The notes under the pieces are model-generated. The model made no database searches, was not told the DNA's origin, and was given only the letters and a program-made list of their open reading frames with translations. Source: Candidatus Bathyarchaeota archaeon (GTDB lineage Archaea; Thermoproteota; Bathyarchaeia; Bathyarchaeales; Bathycorpusculaceae). From it: a stretch of DNA of 64,000 nucleotides. The stretch spans positions 96,001 through 160,000 of the forward strand of contig CAWHDT010000003.1 of NCBI GenBank assembly GCA_963828195.1. Direction: 5' to 3'. Positions 47,503-59,348 of this stretch are shown here, in pieces. Positions within the stretch are counted from its first letter, which is position 1. Each line of letters starts with the position of its first letter. The position numbers were made by a program, and so were the translations under genes.

Positions 47503-50304
47503 TTGAAGCAGTTCACGGCAAAAGATTATGATCTTCCATTCTTTAAACAGGAAGGCTTCGTTAGAAAGCATTGCCCGAAATGCGGCGAATACTTTTGGAC
47601 CCAGAACGCCGAGCAGGAAACCTGCGGCGAATCCAGCTCTGACGAATGTGGATACTACACTTTCATTAATAATCCAGCCGCAAAGAGAAATTTCAGCCTT
47701 GCCGAGATGAGAGAAGCTTTTCTTTCCTTCTTCGAGAAAAATGGGCACACCCGCATTAAACCTTATCCGGTTGTTGCGAGGTGGCGCAAAGACATTTACC
47801 TAACTCATGCAAGCATAATTGACTTCCAACCCTACGTCACCGAGGGAATTTCACCCCCGCCTGCAAACCCACTAGTGATTTCCCAGCCATCCATCAGGCT
47901 GACAGATATTTCTAACACCGGACCCACCTTTGGGAGGCACTTAACCATTTTTGAGATGGGAGGAGCCCACGCCTTCAATTACCCCGACAAAGAAGTTTAT
48001 TGGAAAGACGAAACCGTGCGTTTCCACCAGAGATTCGCCACTGAAGCACTGGGCATAAAATCTGACGAGATAATTTACAAAGAGGGCGTGTGGGTTGGCG
48101 GCGGCAACGCTGGTCCCGATGTCGAATGCATCTGCCGCGGCTTGGAAGTTGGCACTTTGGTTTTCATGCAGTACAAGGTAGTCGGCGAAGACTTCGTCGA
48201 ATTGCCAATCCGCACTGTAGATACCGGTTACGGAATTGACAGGTTTGCCTGGATCAGCCAAGGCGTACCGAGCGCGTTCCAAGCAATTTACGGCAAAATG
48301 CTTGACAAAATCTACGCTATGGCAGGGATAACCGATGTTGACAACGAATTTTTGTCAGCTGTGGCGAAGTATTCTGGTTTGGTAAGCGTTGACAAAACCG
48401 CCAATAGGATGGTGACTCGGAGACGCGTAGCAGAGCTTTCAGGCATCGATATAAAAACACTCGAAAAAGTTTTGGTCCCCATTGAGAACGCTTGGGCAGT
48501 AACTGACCATACTAAAACTTTGAGTTTCATGCTCTCAGAAGGCGTTGTCCCCTCAAACATCCAAGAAGGCTACTTGGCGCGGCTGCTGTTCCGCCGAGTT
48601 TACCGTTTAATGCGAACCCTAAACATGGAACCGGCAAAACTCTACGACATCATAGACATGCAAGTGGATTACTGGTCTAAAGATTTCCCCCGCCTAAAAG
48701 AAATGCAAAACGAAATCATAGAAATGCTCAAAGTAGAAGAAGAAAAGTTCGAAGACACCCTCAAACGGGGCGAAGGCATGGTTAAACGAATAGCCACCGA
48801 GCTAAAGGCAAAGGGCACGGGCAAGCTGCCGATGGATACACTCACTGAACTATACGATTCACATGGACTCCCCCCAGAAATCGTTAAGCAAGCCGCCGAA
48901 AAAGAAGGCGTGCAAGTGGAGCTTCCTGAGAACTTCTACACCTTAATCGCTAACCGGCACATGCAGGCATCCAAGCCCGCGGAAGAGGAAGAGAGCCAAG
49001 CAGAGAAAACTCTCGAGAAAGCGGCTGAGCAACTGCCAGCAACAGAGCAACTGTATTATTCTGACACTTACATGCGCGAGTTCGACGCAAAAGTCCTCAA
49101 AATAATCAGCGACAAGTACGTTGTGCTAGACGGAACATGTTTTTATCCTGAAGGCGGCGGTCAACCCGCAGACCATGGATGGCTAATTGTGGGTGCCTCA
49201 AAATTCGACGTGGTTGATACTCAGAAAATCGGGAAAATCATCGTGCATAAACTCGGCACTTCGACGACATTCAGAGAAGGCAGCATAGTTCACGCCGTTC
49301 TTGACTGGGACAGACGGTACTCGTTGATGAAGGCGCATACAGTTACGCACCTGATCAATGGCGCTGCAAGACGTGTTTTGGGCGAGCATGTTTGGCAATC
49401 AGGCACGCAGAAAGGCTTGGAAACTTCACGGCTGGACATTACGCATTATCGAAGGCTGAGCCCCGAAGAAGTCCACAAGATTGAGATGCTGGCGAATGGG
49501 GCAATTGCAGCAGACATGAAGATTGATGTGACTTGGTATCCGCGGAACGAGGCGGAAGCACGCTACGGCTTCAGGCTCTACCAAGGCGGTGCAGTTCCAG
49601 GCAAAGACATCCGCGTTGTAAAAACTGGCGATTGGGATGTGGAAGCATGCGCTGGAACCCATCTGCGAAGCACCTTGGAAGTTGGGTTCGTAAAAATCGT
49701 CTATACCGAGCGCGTGCAAGATGGCGTTGAACGTTTAGGCTATGCGGTCGGGTTGGAAGCGTTAAAAGCGGTGCAGAATCAGGAAAGCTTGCTATGGAAA
49801 GTTTCGGAAGTTCTAATGGCACCTATTGACAAGATGGATAAAACTGCTGAGAAAATCGTGAAAGAACTCAAAGACGCCCAGATTGAGAAGCGCAGGCTAA
49901 TCAAAGAATTGGCTGAGAAAGAAAGCGCAGTTGGGCAAACGCAAGCATGTGAAGCAACGGTTGAAGCCAGCGGTGTCGCCATTGTGAAGCGGGACTTCGG
50001 AGAAGTAATTGACGTTAACCGCATGATTCAGACTGCTACAGAAATGATAAAACGCAACGAAGCAACTGTGACGCTGTTTTATGGTTCTGACGGAAAAACC
50101 TGCAGACTCATGGTTATGGCTGGAGAAATCGCAGTGCAAAAAGGCGTAAACGCAGGTAACATAGTGAAAGAGGTTGCGCCGATTTTCGGCGGCGGAGGCG
50201 GCGGCAGACCAAATTTTGCACAGGGGGGCGGAACACAACCTGACAAACTACCCGAAGCTGTAAAAGCGGCTGAAGGGGCAGTTAAAAATCAGTTGAAACA
50301 CTAG
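47503..50304 (+). CDS. alaS: Alanyl-tRNA synthetase (archaeal type)
   Basis: YPVVARWR, ASIIDFQP, GRHLTIFEM, VDTGYG, FYPEGGGQ, HTVTH, CAGTH, GGGGGG. Confidence 0.97.
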   Translation: MKQFTAKDYDLPFFKQEGFVRKHCPKCGEYFWTQNAEQETCGESSSDECGYYTFINNPAAKRNFSLAEMREAFLSFFEKNGHTRIKPYPVVARWRKDIYLTHASIIDFQPYVTEGISPPPANPLVISQPSIRLTDISNTGPTFGRHLTIFEMGGAHAFNYPDKEVYWKDETVRFHQRFATEALGIKSDEIIYKEGVWVGGGNAGPDVECICRGLEVGTLVFMQYKVVGEDFVELPIRTVDTGYGIDRFAWISQGVPSAFQAIYGKMLDKIYAMAGITDVDNEFLSAVAKYSGLVSVDKTANRMVTRRRVAELSGIDIKTLEKVLVPIENAWAVTDHTKTLSFMLSEGVVPSNIQEGYLARLLFRRVYRLMRTLNMEPAKLYDIIDMQVDYWSKDFPRLKEMQNEIIEMLKVEEEKFEDTLKRGEGMVKRIATELKAKGTGKLPMDTLTELYDSHGLPPEIVKQAAEKEGVQVELPENFYTLIANRHMQASKPAEEEESQAEKTLEKAAEQLPATEQLYYSDTYMREFDAKVLKIISDKYVVLDGTCFYPEGGGQPADHGWLIVGASKFDVVDTQKIGKIIVHKLGTSTTFREGSIVHAVLDWDRRYSLMKAHTVTHLINGAARRVLGEHVWQSGTQKGLETSRLDITHYRRLSPEEVHKIEMLANGAIAADMKIDVTWYPRNEAEARYGFRLYQGGAVPGKDIRVVKTGDWDVEACAGTHLRSTLEVGFVKIVYTERVQDGVERLGYAVGLEALKAVQNQESLLWKVSEVLMAPIDKMDKTAEKIVKELKDAQIEKRRLIKELAEKESAVGQTQACEATVEASGVAIVKRDFGEVIDVNRMIQTATEMIKRNEATVTLFYGSDGKTCRLMVMAGEIAVQKGVNAGNIVKEVAPIFGGGGGGRPNFAQGGGTQPDKLPEAVKAAEGAVKNQLKH

Positions 50305-50406
50305 TTGCTCGTTATTTTGCAACTAACCGCCGCGTGTTACTTAGCTAGATGATGGATAATTTAATTATTAGAATGCGCATTTCTGGAGCAGCGGATAGGT
50401 GAATGT

Positions 50407-51060
50407 TTGATAGCTAATGCTTATCTGAAAAAGATTTTCAGTTTGGCGTTGACTTTCAATTCTCTTCTCAGCATTTTTTCGGTGTTAGGCGTTTTGATGG
50501 GGTTTTATTCAGCAAGGTATCATTGGAAACCTTATCCGCCGTATCTTATTGATGGCTCCATCTTTTGGTTCGCGGTTTTAGCTGCAATGTTCAACATCTA
50601 TCTGGTCATAAGGATTGGCAGGGTGAAAACAGGGCGGTTGTGGTTTCACCATTATGTTTGGGGATTTGCCCTGTTTGTTTTAGCGTGTGCTTTGCTTCTG
50701 TTGTTTGGTTCCACTTCTTTTTTTAGCATATTTGTTGGGAACGGGTATAGTTTTGCGGTTTATGCTGGACGTTTCTTTGTTTTGGGCGGTTTAACTTTGT
50801 TCATCGACGATTTTGCTGATGTTTCAAAGAGATTAACGTTTTTTCTGAGGCTGGCTCGGTCGAAGATTTATAGAGTTCGAGGAGCGATTCGCGTTGTTCA
50901 GGGTATTTTAGGCTTTATGTCCTTCTACATTTTCCTATGCGTTATCTTCTCAACTTCATTGCTGCAGGGAAGTAACTGGGTGGGTAATTTGGTTTTAGCT
51001 GGAACTTTGTTGGTGACGAGTCTCACTTCTCTGGCAAGTGCATATATGAAAATATGGTAG
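50407..51060 (+). CDS. Hypothetical membrane protein
   Basis: About 6 TM helices, RLWFHHYVWG and GLTLFIDD motifs. Confidence 0.7.
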   Translation: MIANAYLKKIFSLALTFNSLLSIFSVLGVLMGFYSARYHWKPYPPYLIDGSIFWFAVLAAMFNIYLVIRIGRVKTGRLWFHHYVWGFALFVLACALLLLFGSTSFFSIFVGNGYSFAVYAGRFFVLGGLTLFIDDFADVSKRLTFFLRLARSKIYRVRGAIRVVQGILGFMSFYIFLCVIFSTSLLQGSNWVGNLVLAGTLLVTSLTSLASAYMKIW

Positions 51061-51232
51061 CCTTCACTAAATTATGTTCGGAGCTTTTTAAAAGCTGCAG
51101 CGCCGCTTTTGACTATAAACTGTTTTTAGTTTTTGTTAAAGCAATTATTGGTTAATTCCTCGGGAGAAAATATATAAGCAACTATGTGCATTGCTGCATT
51201 AGGTGAAATGGTGCAGAAGCACTTAAGCACTG

Positions 51233-51643
51233 ATGATGTATATGCGTAGAAGTTTAACGGTAACCCCTGAAAACGACAAAAAGATTCTACTTACAAAAGG
51301 GCGGTTCCTAACTGGAGACGCCCCCTTCGACATCGACTATACAACACTTGTAAACATATTCATTGAACTAGGCCACAAACTGATGACTTCAGCATGGAAC
51401 GACAGCGCAAACCCCAACGTTGTCATAGACAAAAATGAGATTATAGAATCCTTCAAAAAACACTTCTTCAACGCCGAACTTAAAGAAGAAGCAGTCGGAG
51501 ACATGGTAGCCGAAATCATATTTAGAAAACTCGTCGAACAATCCAATGAAGCATGCGACCAAACTGGAAAAAGTCCAACGCCTGAGTTGCCTGCTGAACA
51601 GCCAAGTCAAAAGGACACAAAAAAGGAAAAATACATCGCATAG
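51233..51643 (+). CDS. Hypothetical protein upstream of grpE
   Basis: 136-aa ORF after a TATA box at ~51171; co-oriented with grpE-dnaK. Confidence 0.6.
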   Translation: MMYMRRSLTVTPENDKKILLTKGRFLTGDAPFDIDYTTLVNIFIELGHKLMTSAWNDSANPNVVIDKNEIIESFKKHFFNAELKEEAVGDMVAEIIFRKLVEQSNEACDQTGKSPTPELPAEQPSQKDTKKEKYIA

Positions 51644-51669
51644 AGTTAAACAATGAGGAAGACGCCAAA

Positions 51670-52206
51670 ATGGTTGATGAAGAACAAGAGCAGACTGTTA
51701 ACCGCTTAGAGCAGCTTCTAGATGGTGAGCGGAAGCGTGCAGAAGACTATTTGAATAGGTTGAGTTATCTGCAGGCTGACCTGGAGAACTTTAAGAAGCG
51801 GTTTGATAGAGAAACGGAGCAGATAAAGAATTACTGCACCGAACGCTTCGTCATCCAACTGTTAGATGTAGTGGATGAATTGGAGTTAGCGGTTAAAAAC
51901 GGCGAAATCTCAACGTCGCCTGACGCTTTAATCGTAGGTGTAGAAATGACGCTTAAGAAGTTTAGAAAGATTCTTGAGCAAGAAGGTGTTACACCAATAG
52001 AGAGCCCCGAAGGCAAAGTTTTTGACCCCACCCGTCATAACGCAGTTGCCGTAGTTGAGCAAGCTGATGTAGCTGACGGCACGGTGCTTGAGGAAATAAG
52101 AAAAGGCTACATGATGAAGGGCAAAGTAATTCGTCCCACCATCGTCAAAGTAGCAGTCAAATCAAAAAACATTGAAAGTAACCAAACGGAGGAAAAAAAT
52201 AAATGA
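51670..52206 (+). CDS. grpE: Nucleotide exchange factor GrpE
   Basis: [31 protein letters not shown]. Confidence 0.95.
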   Translation: MVDEEQEQTVNRLEQLLDGERKRAEDYLNRLSYLQADLENFKKRFDRETEQIKNYCTERFVIQLLDVVDELELAVKNGEISTSPDALIVGVEMTLKKFRKILEQEGVTPIESPEGKVFDPTRHNAVAVVEQADVADGTVLEEIRKGYMMKGKVIRPTIVKVAVKSKNIESNQTEEKNK

Positions 52207-54131
52207 GTAATCAAAATCAAAAAACAAACCAGAAAGTATTGGGAATAGATTTGGGAACAACCAATTCAGCAGCCGCCATATATGAAGGCGGACACGCAAC
52301 GGTTATTCCAAGCGCGGAAGGCCCAACAATGGCGGGAAAAATGTTCCCCTCAGTAGTAGCCTTCACAAAAGACGGACAACTCTTGGTAGGCGAACCAGCG
52401 AAACGCCAAGCAGCCACCAACCCGGAAGGAACAATTTTTGAAATAAAACGCAAAATGGGCACCGACTACAAAGTCAAAGCTTACGGAAAAGAATATACTC
52501 CACAACAAATCTCGGCGTTCATACTTCAAAAAATAAAGAAAGACACTGAAACATATCTTGGCGGCTCAATTAACAAGGCAGTCATCACGGTTCCAGCGCA
52601 CTTTAACGACAACCAGCGTCAAGCCACCAAAGACGCAGGCGAAATCGCAGGGTTCCAAGTTATGCGAATAATTAACGAGCCCACTGCTGCGTGCCTCGCG
52701 TACGGCATAGATAAGGTTCAGCAGGAAATGAAGATCCTTGTGTTCAGTTTCGGCGGGGGAACGCACGACGTCACAGTGATGGATTTCGGCAAAGGAGTCT
52801 TCCAGGTTCTCAGCACCAGCGGCGACACTCAACTCGGCGGAACCGACGTGGACAAAGCAGTCATGGACTACATTTTAGGCGAGTTCAAACGGCAAACAGG
52901 GATAGATATTTCAAACGACAAAATGGCAATGCCTAGGCTTAAAGACGCAGCTGAAAAAGCCAAAATCGAGCTCTCCACGCTGATGAGCACCGACATCGAC
53001 CTGCCATTTCTAACAGCTGACGCTTCAGGACCCAAACACCTGCACCTAACATTAACCAGAACAAAACTTGAATCTTTAGCGCAACCCATCGTGCAGCGAA
53101 CACAACCCACACTGCTGAAAGCTCTCGAAGACGCAAAATTGACGCCGCAGGGAATCGACAAAATCATCCTAATCGGCGGAATGACACGTATGCCGCTTGT
53201 GCAGAGGTTTGTTGAGCAAATCCTGGGCAAAGCACCAGAACGCGGAATTGACCCGATGGAAAGCGTTGCAATAGGAGCAGCCATTCAAGCAGCCGTCGTT
53301 ACCGGCGAAGTCACAGATCTACTCTTGCTCGACGTTACACCATTATCGTTGGGTGTCGAAACCATGGGCGGCGTATTAACCAAAGTAATGGATAAAAACA
53401 CAACCATCCCCACCAAGAGAAGTCAAATCTTCACAACAGCAGCAGACTTCCAGACCGCAGTTACAATTCACGTGCTTCAAGGCGAACGTGCAATGGCGGG
53501 AGACAATGTTTCACTAGGCATGTTTAACCTTGTCGATTTGCCGCCAGCGCCCAGAGGCATCCCCCAGATAGAAGTAACCTTCGACATCGACGCCAACGGC
53601 ATAATGAACGTCACCGCGAAAGACTTGGGCACAGGAAAACAATCAAAAATAACCATAACAGCAGCTACTAAGCTGTCAAAGGACGAAAAAGAACGTTTAA
53701 TCAAAGATGCCGAACAATATGCGGAGCAAGACAAGAAGAAACGTGAAGAAGCTGAAGTGCGCAACAACGCTGATAGCCTAGTATACACTGCGGAACGAAC
53801 AAAAACTGATCTTGCAGGCAAAATCAGCCAGGAAGAAGTAGGCAAAATCGATGCGGCAGTCACAGAGCTCAAAAATGCCTTGGCAACCAACGACATGGCG
53901 CAGGTCAAAGCAAAATCCGACGCGCTCCAGAAGGTACTGCAAGAAGTCGGAACAAAAGTTTACCAGCAAGCAGCATCAGAATACGCAAAACAGCAGGGAC
54001 AGCAGCCAGGGCAAGGACCTCAGGCAGGACCAGGCCCACAGGAACCTCCAAGCGGCGGTCCTGAAAGTCCAGAACCCGAACCCTCAGGCGAGGAACGAGT
54101 GGTCGATTCAGAAGACTACAAAGTAAAATAG
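52203..54131 (+). CDS. dnaK: Chaperone DnaK
   Basis: [41 protein letters not shown]. Confidence 0.98.
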   Translation: MSNQNQKTNQKVLGIDLGTTNSAAAIYEGGHATVIPSAEGPTMAGKMFPSVVAFTKDGQLLVGEPAKRQAATNPEGTIFEIKRKMGTDYKVKAYGKEYTPQQISAFILQKIKKDTETYLGGSINKAVITVPAHFNDNQRQATKDAGEIAGFQVMRIINEPTAACLAYGIDKVQQEMKILVFSFGGGTHDVTVMDFGKGVFQVLSTSGDTQLGGTDVDKAVMDYILGEFKRQTGIDISNDKMAMPRLKDAAEKAKIELSTLMSTDIDLPFLTADASGPKHLHLTLTRTKLESLAQPIVQRTQPTLLKALEDAKLTPQGIDKIILIGGMTRMPLVQRFVEQILGKAPERGIDPMESVAIGAAIQAAVVTGEVTDLLLLDVTPLSLGVETMGGVLTKVMDKNTTIPTKRSQIFTTAADFQTAVTIHVLQGERAMAGDNVSLGMFNLVDLPPAPRGIPQIEVTFDIDANGIMNVTAKDLGTGKQSKITITAATKLSKDEKERLIKDAEQYAEQDKKKREEAEVRNNADSLVYTAERTKTDLAGKISQEEVGKIDAAVTELKNALATNDMAQVKAKSDALQKVLQEVGTKVYQQAASEYAKQQGQQPGQGPQAGPGPQEPPSGGPESPEPEPSGEERVVDSEDYKVK

Positions 54132-54405
54132 AACCCACAGGCATAACCTCATTTTTTCTTTTGTTTTTGATGTTTGCATTCCATAGGCACTTTTCTAACT
54201 AAAAGATGCTAAAAAATAAAAATTACCCTATCTTCTTTTTAGGTGTAAACTTTTTAATCGTTGGCTCTTTATTTTCTGAAATTAAAGCGTCTGGAGATTT
54301 AGCTTTTCTCAATAAATAAGCAGCGTATTGATCTGGTGTAAAGTCTTTTCTAAACTTGTGTTCTTTACCCAAAGTTTTTTCACCGATTATTGATCACATA
54401 AATTA

Positions 54406-54732
54406 TCAAGAAGGCAGAGGGGCGTTCTGAGAGGGGTTCTGTTTTGCTTCGTTTGTCCTTTGGAGTCCGATAATGAAATATAAGTTTACCATTATTGCAA
54501 GTAAAAATAGTGCCAAAGTAAAATTAAAAGTGAGTGCTGTACCAGAAGCACCGCCCTCAGCTAATTCTCCAATCCCCCATGGAAACATGGCGCTTATTTT
54601 TACGGGCACATTGTTAAACGTGAACGTATTTAGACTTAAGAATTCACCCCATTCGACAAGTACGTACAGAACAACAAATACAACATTGACCAAAAAGATA
54701 TGTTTCAATTGATTATTCATATCAGTCAACAT
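54406..54732 (-). CDS. Hypothetical membrane protein
   Basis: 108 aa, 2 TM helices, between dnaK and dnaJ. Confidence 0.55.
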   Translation of the reverse strand: MLTDMNNQLKHIFLVNVVFVVLYVLVEWGEFLSLNTFTFNNVPVKISAMFPWGIGELAEGGASGTALTFNFTLALFLLAIMVNLYFIIGLQRTNEAKQNPSQNAPLPS

Positions 54733-54848
54733 CTTATTTGTTTTGACCTTGCTTAAAAGATTTCATTCGTTAAGATATGTTATTTTCAGTAGTGAATCAA
54801 TCGAAAGCATAATTAAGTTTTAAAGTATCCATCTGCATTAAAGTAGTC

Positions 54849-55028
54849 ATGTTGCTTTCGCTTTCCTTTGCTCAAAAGGTGTGCTTAATCGGGTTTGCTC
54901 TGATTTTCGGTACTTGGGGAATTGCTCTTGTGGCTAAAACTACAAGTATTCCGTTGACTGTGCTTTTTTTTGTCGGCATGCTTTGCGTTACCTATAGCCT
55001 ATGTGAAAACGTAAACATTCCGAAGTAA
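54849..55028 (+). CDS. Possible small 2-TM protein (59 aa)
   Basis: Manual translation MLLSLSFAQKVCLIGFALIFGTWGIALVAKTTSIPLTVLFFVGMLCVTYSLCENVNIPK; TTTAAA about 25 nt upstream. Confidence 0.4.
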   Translation: MLLSLSFAQKVCLIGFALIFGTWGIALVAKTTSIPLTVLFFVGMLCVTYSLCENVNIPK

Positions 55029-55227
55029 GGGTTCAGACTCAGCGAATTAACTGGCATAGAGGCACAAGGCATAAGCGCGGGTTTTTCAATTTGTCCTAGC
55101 CAATCAGTCAGCGGGTCACTTTACCTTAGCTTTTGCGGAAAACAAAATTAACAAGGGAAATGGTATAAATTACAGTCTGGTTCTTACTAAAAAGTCAAGT
55201 AAAAAGTTAATCCAAGGTTAAGTGCTG

Positions 55228-56331
55228 ATGACTGAAAAACGGGATTACTATGAAGTTCTCGGCGTTCAACGCAACGCATCAAAGGACGAAATCAAAGACG
55301 CCTACAGAAAACTAGCTATGCAGTTTCATCCAGACCGCAACAAAGATCCAGGCGCGGAGGAAAGATTCAAAGAAATCAGCGAAGCCTACGCCGTTCTCAG
55401 CGACGACCAAAAAAGACAAACATACGATCAGTTGGGTCATTCAGGCTTTGATCAGCGATACCGTCAGGAAGACATTTTCAGGGGAGCCGACTTCGACTCG
55501 GTTTTTAGAGACATGGGTTTCGGCGACATTTTCCGAACTTTCTTCGGCGGAGGATTCGGAGGCGAAAGAGGCAGCATAGGGCAAGACTTAGCTATTGATC
55601 TTGAAATCACGCTGGAAGAAGCCGCCCGAGGAGTCGAAAAAGAAATTGAAATTCCACGAACCGAAAAATGCGACGTATGCGAGGGCTCAGGCGCAGCGCC
55701 GGGTACTTCCGCCAAAATCTGTCCAAGATGCGGCGGCTCCGGGCAAGTGCAAAACATGCGTAAAAGCGGATTCGGAATGTACGTGCAGGTGACGGCTTGC
55801 CCAACATGTAAAGGAAAAGGCAAATTGATTGAAACGCCCTGCCCTAACTGTCACGGCTCAGGAAGAGTTAGAAAACGCCGTAAAATCACCGTTAAAGTGC
55901 CCATGGGCATAGATGAAGGCAACCAGCTTAGGCTCAGGGGCGAAGGAGAAATGGCTCAGAACGACGGCGAACCAGGAGATCTTTATGTCGTGGTTCACGT
56001 TAAGCCGCACCCGCAATTTCTACGGGAAGGAGATAACCTGTGGCATGTAGCCATGATTACTTATCCGCAAGCTGCGTTAGGCGCAGAAATTGCTGTTCCC
56101 ACCCTTGAGGGACCGACAACGGTGAAGATTCATCCGGGAACGCAGGTGGGCGAAGTTTTAACTTTAAAGGGAAAAGGTATGCCTCGGTTCAGAGCTTACG
56201 GCAGAGGCGACTTAATAGTGCGCGTAGGAATCTCGGTTCCAGAAAAACTTACAGGTCAGCAAAGAGCACTTCTTGAACAGTTAGCGAAAGAATTCGACAG
56301 CGAAGTGACGAAACACAAATTCCACTTTTAG
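55228..56331 (+). CDS. dnaJ: Chaperone DnaJ
   Basis: DYYEVLG, HPD, G/F region, four CxxCxGxG repeats. Confidence 0.97.
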   Translation: MTEKRDYYEVLGVQRNASKDEIKDAYRKLAMQFHPDRNKDPGAEERFKEISEAYAVLSDDQKRQTYDQLGHSGFDQRYRQEDIFRGADFDSVFRDMGFGDIFRTFFGGGFGGERGSIGQDLAIDLEITLEEAARGVEKEIEIPRTEKCDVCEGSGAAPGTSAKICPRCGGSGQVQNMRKSGFGMYVQVTACPTCKGKGKLIETPCPNCHGSGRVRKRRKITVKVPMGIDEGNQLRLRGEGEMAQNDGEPGDLYVVVHVKPHPQFLREGDNLWHVAMITYPQAALGAEIAVPTLEGPTTVKIHPGTQVGEVLTLKGKGMPRFRAYGRGDLIVRVGISVPEKLTGQQRALLEQLAKEFDSEVTKHKFHF

Positions 56332-56400
56332 CAATTAACTTATGAAGATTATTTTTTTCTTGATGGAAAAAAGGTTTTGAAAAAGAAAGAAAAGAATTGT

Positions 56401-58368
56401 TTATTTGGTTACCTGTTTGCGTAGCTCGTTGTATGTTGCTTTTATGTCCTCGATTGAGCCTTCGTCTTCAATTGTCGATGTGTCGCCCAGCGGTGCTCCT
56501 GTAAGTACGGCTTTAAGTAGTCTGCGCATGATTTTGCCGCTTCGTGTCTTCGGCAGCTTGTTTACTATGATGATGGCGTCTGGTGTAGCTATTGGACCGA
56601 TTGTTGTTCGGATCTGTTTTATGAGGTCTGCACGAAGCTCGTCTGATGGGGTGAATCCGCCTCTGAGAACAACGAATGCTACTGGAACTTCGCCTTTCAC
56701 TGCGTCCTCCTTACCCATCACTGCTGCCTCAGAAACTGCTGGATGTGCAACTAACGCGCTTTCAAGCTCTACTGTTCCGATGCGGTGCCCAGCAACTTTT
56801 AGAACTTCGTCTGCTCTGCCAAGAAGCCAATAGTAGCCCTCTGGGTCTCGGACTGCGTAGTCGCCTGAGTAGTATATTCCTGGCCACCTGCCAAAGTATG
56901 TTTGTTTGAAGCGGTCAGCATCTTTCCAAATTGTCTGCAGCATTCCAGGCCACGGCGATTTGATTACGAGAACACCTTTAGTGCCTGCCTGTACTGGCTG
57001 TCCCTTCTCGTCGAAGATGTCAGTGTTGACTGCGGGCATCGGAAAAGTTGCGCTGCCAGGTTTCAAGGGTGTAAGTTCTATTCCTGCGGTGGGGGAAATC
57101 ATGAATCCGCCAGTTTCTGTTTGCCACCAAGTGTCAATTATCGGGAGTTTTTCTTTGCCGATTACGCGGTAGTACCATTTCCACGCTTCTGGGTTTATGG
57201 GTTCACCTACTGACCCCAGAATGCGCAGGGTGCTTAAGTCATGTTTTGTTACGCATTGTTCGCCGAATTTCATGAACATTCTAACGGCGGTTGGTGTGCC
57301 GTAGAGGATGGTTACGCCGTGTCTTTCAATCATGTCCCACCAGCGGTCTTGTCCAGGGTAATCAGGTGTGCCTTCGAAGAGGAACGCGGTAAGGCCCAGG
57401 CTTAATGGTGCATAAACGTTGTATGTGTGCCCCGTAATCCAGCCGATGTCTGCAACACACCAGTAAATGTCCTCGTCTGTTGGGTTGAAAGCCCACTTAA
57501 GCGTCCAATAAGCCCAAACAAGGTATCCGCCTATCCCATGTTGAACGCCTTTGGGTTTGCCCGTTGTTCCTGAAGTGTAGAGGATGAATAATGGGTCAGT
57601 TGATTTCATGCTTTCGGGTTCAACGTAGGCGTCTGCGCCCGCATTTGCAAGTGCATCATGGTACCAAACGTCTCTGCCTTCCTTCATCGTTACAGGTTGA
57701 CCAGTCCGCTTAACAACAATGACTTTTTCGATGCAAGGCATGTTTGGCAATCCTTTGTCTGCGTTGTCTTTGATGCCGATTGGTTTTCCTCTTCGGAAGG
57801 AACCGTCCGCTGTAACTAAGACTTTTGCGCCGCTGTCGTTAACTCTGTCAGCTAATGCTTCAGCACTGAACCCAGAGAATACAACTGTGTGGACTCCGCC
57901 GATTCTTGCCGTCGCAAGCAAAGTTATGGGCAGCTCAGGAATAACAGGCAGGAAAACTGCGACGCGGTCGCCTTTTTTGATGCCGAATTCCTTTAGTGCT
58001 TTTGCAAGTTTGTTTACTTCGCGGTAAAGTTGATAGTAACTGTAAGTTTTTACTTCGCCCATTTCGCCTTCCCAAATGTAGGCAAGCTTGTTTTTACGGT
58101 TGCCTTTAATATGCCTATCAAGGGCGTTGTAGGAGATGTTTAGTTCGCCGTCGGGGAACCATTTGTAAAACGGCGGGTTAGAATCATCAAGAACCTTGCT
58201 AAAAGGCTTAAACCAGTCGATGGCTTTTGCTTTTTCCTCCCAATATTCGTCCGGGTTCTTTATTGATTTCTCCCATTCTTTCTTGCGTTTTTCTCCACTG
58301 GAAAATTTTGCTCCGCTTGGACAAAACTTTTCATCAAAGGGTAAACTTGATTCTGACATTTTGCTCAA
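56401..58368 (-). CDS. acs: Acetyl-CoA synthetase (AMP-forming)
   Basis: LYTSGTTGKPKG, DTWWQTETGG, PKTRSGKIMRR. Confidence 0.96.
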   Translation of the reverse strand: MSKMSESSLPFDEKFCPSGAKFSSGEKRKKEWEKSIKNPDEYWEEKAKAIDWFKPFSKVLDDSNPPFYKWFPDGELNISYNALDRHIKGNRKNKLAYIWEGEMGEVKTYSYYQLYREVNKLAKALKEFGIKKGDRVAVFLPVIPELPITLLATARIGGVHTVVFSGFSAEALADRVNDSGAKVLVTADGSFRRGKPIGIKDNADKGLPNMPCIEKVIVVKRTGQPVTMKEGRDVWYHDALANAGADAYVEPESMKSTDPLFILYTSGTTGKPKGVQHGIGGYLVWAYWTLKWAFNPTDEDIYWCVADIGWITGHTYNVYAPLSLGLTAFLFEGTPDYPGQDRWWDMIERHGVTILYGTPTAVRMFMKFGEQCVTKHDLSTLRILGSVGEPINPEAWKWYYRVIGKEKLPIIDTWWQTETGGFMISPTAGIELTPLKPGSATFPMPAVNTDIFDEKGQPVQAGTKGVLVIKSPWPGMLQTIWKDADRFKQTYFGRWPGIYYSGDYAVRDPEGYYWLLGRADEVLKVAGHRIGTVELESALVAHPAVSEAAVMGKEDAVKGEVPVAFVVLRGGFTPSDELRADLIKQIRTTIGPIATPDAIIIVNKLPKTRSGKIMRRLLKAVLTGAPLGDTSTIEDEGSIEDIKATYNELRKQVTK

Positions 58369-58454
58369 CCTAATTTGCTGAGAATGATAAACTCTGAGAA
58401 TATAAGTTTTTAGTATCTAATTTATTTAGAAAAATAAAAAGAGAGTTAGTTGTT

Positions 58455-59030
58455 TTAGCTGGTAGGGTAAATTGGCAAGACAGTTTTTTGGTTTGCTTCA
58501 TTTAAGACTTCAGCTAATCCAAGATACACCGCACTTAAGCCGCAGATGACACCTTCGACGCCCGTGATTTTTGTGAAAGTTGCGCCTCCACCGTATTGTC
58601 CAATTGCCAGCATAAAGAACAGTATAGTTAAGCTTCCGAAAACGAACTGCAAAGCGCGATTAGCTTTTAACGTGCCAAAGAACATGCCGAAAGTAAAGAT
58701 TCCCCACATTATGAAATAAGCTGCCAAAGAAGCCGCGTTGGGACCGCTGAAGCCCGTAAATTTAGGTAAAACCAAAAGCATCACGAAACTCCACCAGAAT
58801 AAACCATAAGACATGAAAGCCACAGTGCCAAAAGTGTTGCCTTTTCTGAACTCCATTGCACCAACAATTATCTGTGCTATTCCCCCGTAAGCCAAGCCCA
58901 TTGCTAAAATCACTGAATTCAGCGGATAAGCGCCTGCGTTAGCCAAGTTAAGAAGAACAGTTGTTACGCCAAAACCAAGTAGTCCTAAAGGTGCGGGATT
59001 CGCCAATTTTGATATCAGATTGTTACTCAT
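58455..59030 (-). CDS. satP: Acetate uptake transporter (GPR1/FUN34/YaaH family)
   Basis: [23 protein letters not shown]; upstream of acs; start MSNNLISK at 59030. Confidence 0.92.
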   Translation of the reverse strand: MSNNLISKLANPAPLGLLGFGVTTVLLNLANAGAYPLNSVILAMGLAYGGIAQIIVGAMEFRKGNTFGTVAFMSYGLFWWSFVMLLVLPKFTGFSGPNAASLAAYFIMWGIFTFGMFFGTLKANRALQFVFGSLTILFFMLAIGQYGGGATFTKITGVEGVICGLSAVYLGLAEVLNEANQKTVLPIYPTS

Positions 59031-59348
59031 TTTCCGTATTTCCTCAAGTTGCTGTATTACCCCTTGAATGCAATGATTGCATTTTAAAGCTTTTCGGGTG
59101 ACCACACTGATTGTTTTTCCCGATGCCGTGTACTTAAATTCTGAGATGATAAAATTCAAGCGTTAAATTTTTCTAACTATAGGAAAGGCAATCTTTTGAT
59201 AAAGGCTCCACTTCGCCTTTTTTTAAAGCCCTTAGTTTAGCTTTGAAGTATTTTGGGTATGCATATTTTTTATAGACGGGTTAGCCGCAAAGTTTATTGA
59301 CTTTATAATTATACTAGAATTTGGTATTTTAAAGGCGACGTGATTTTT

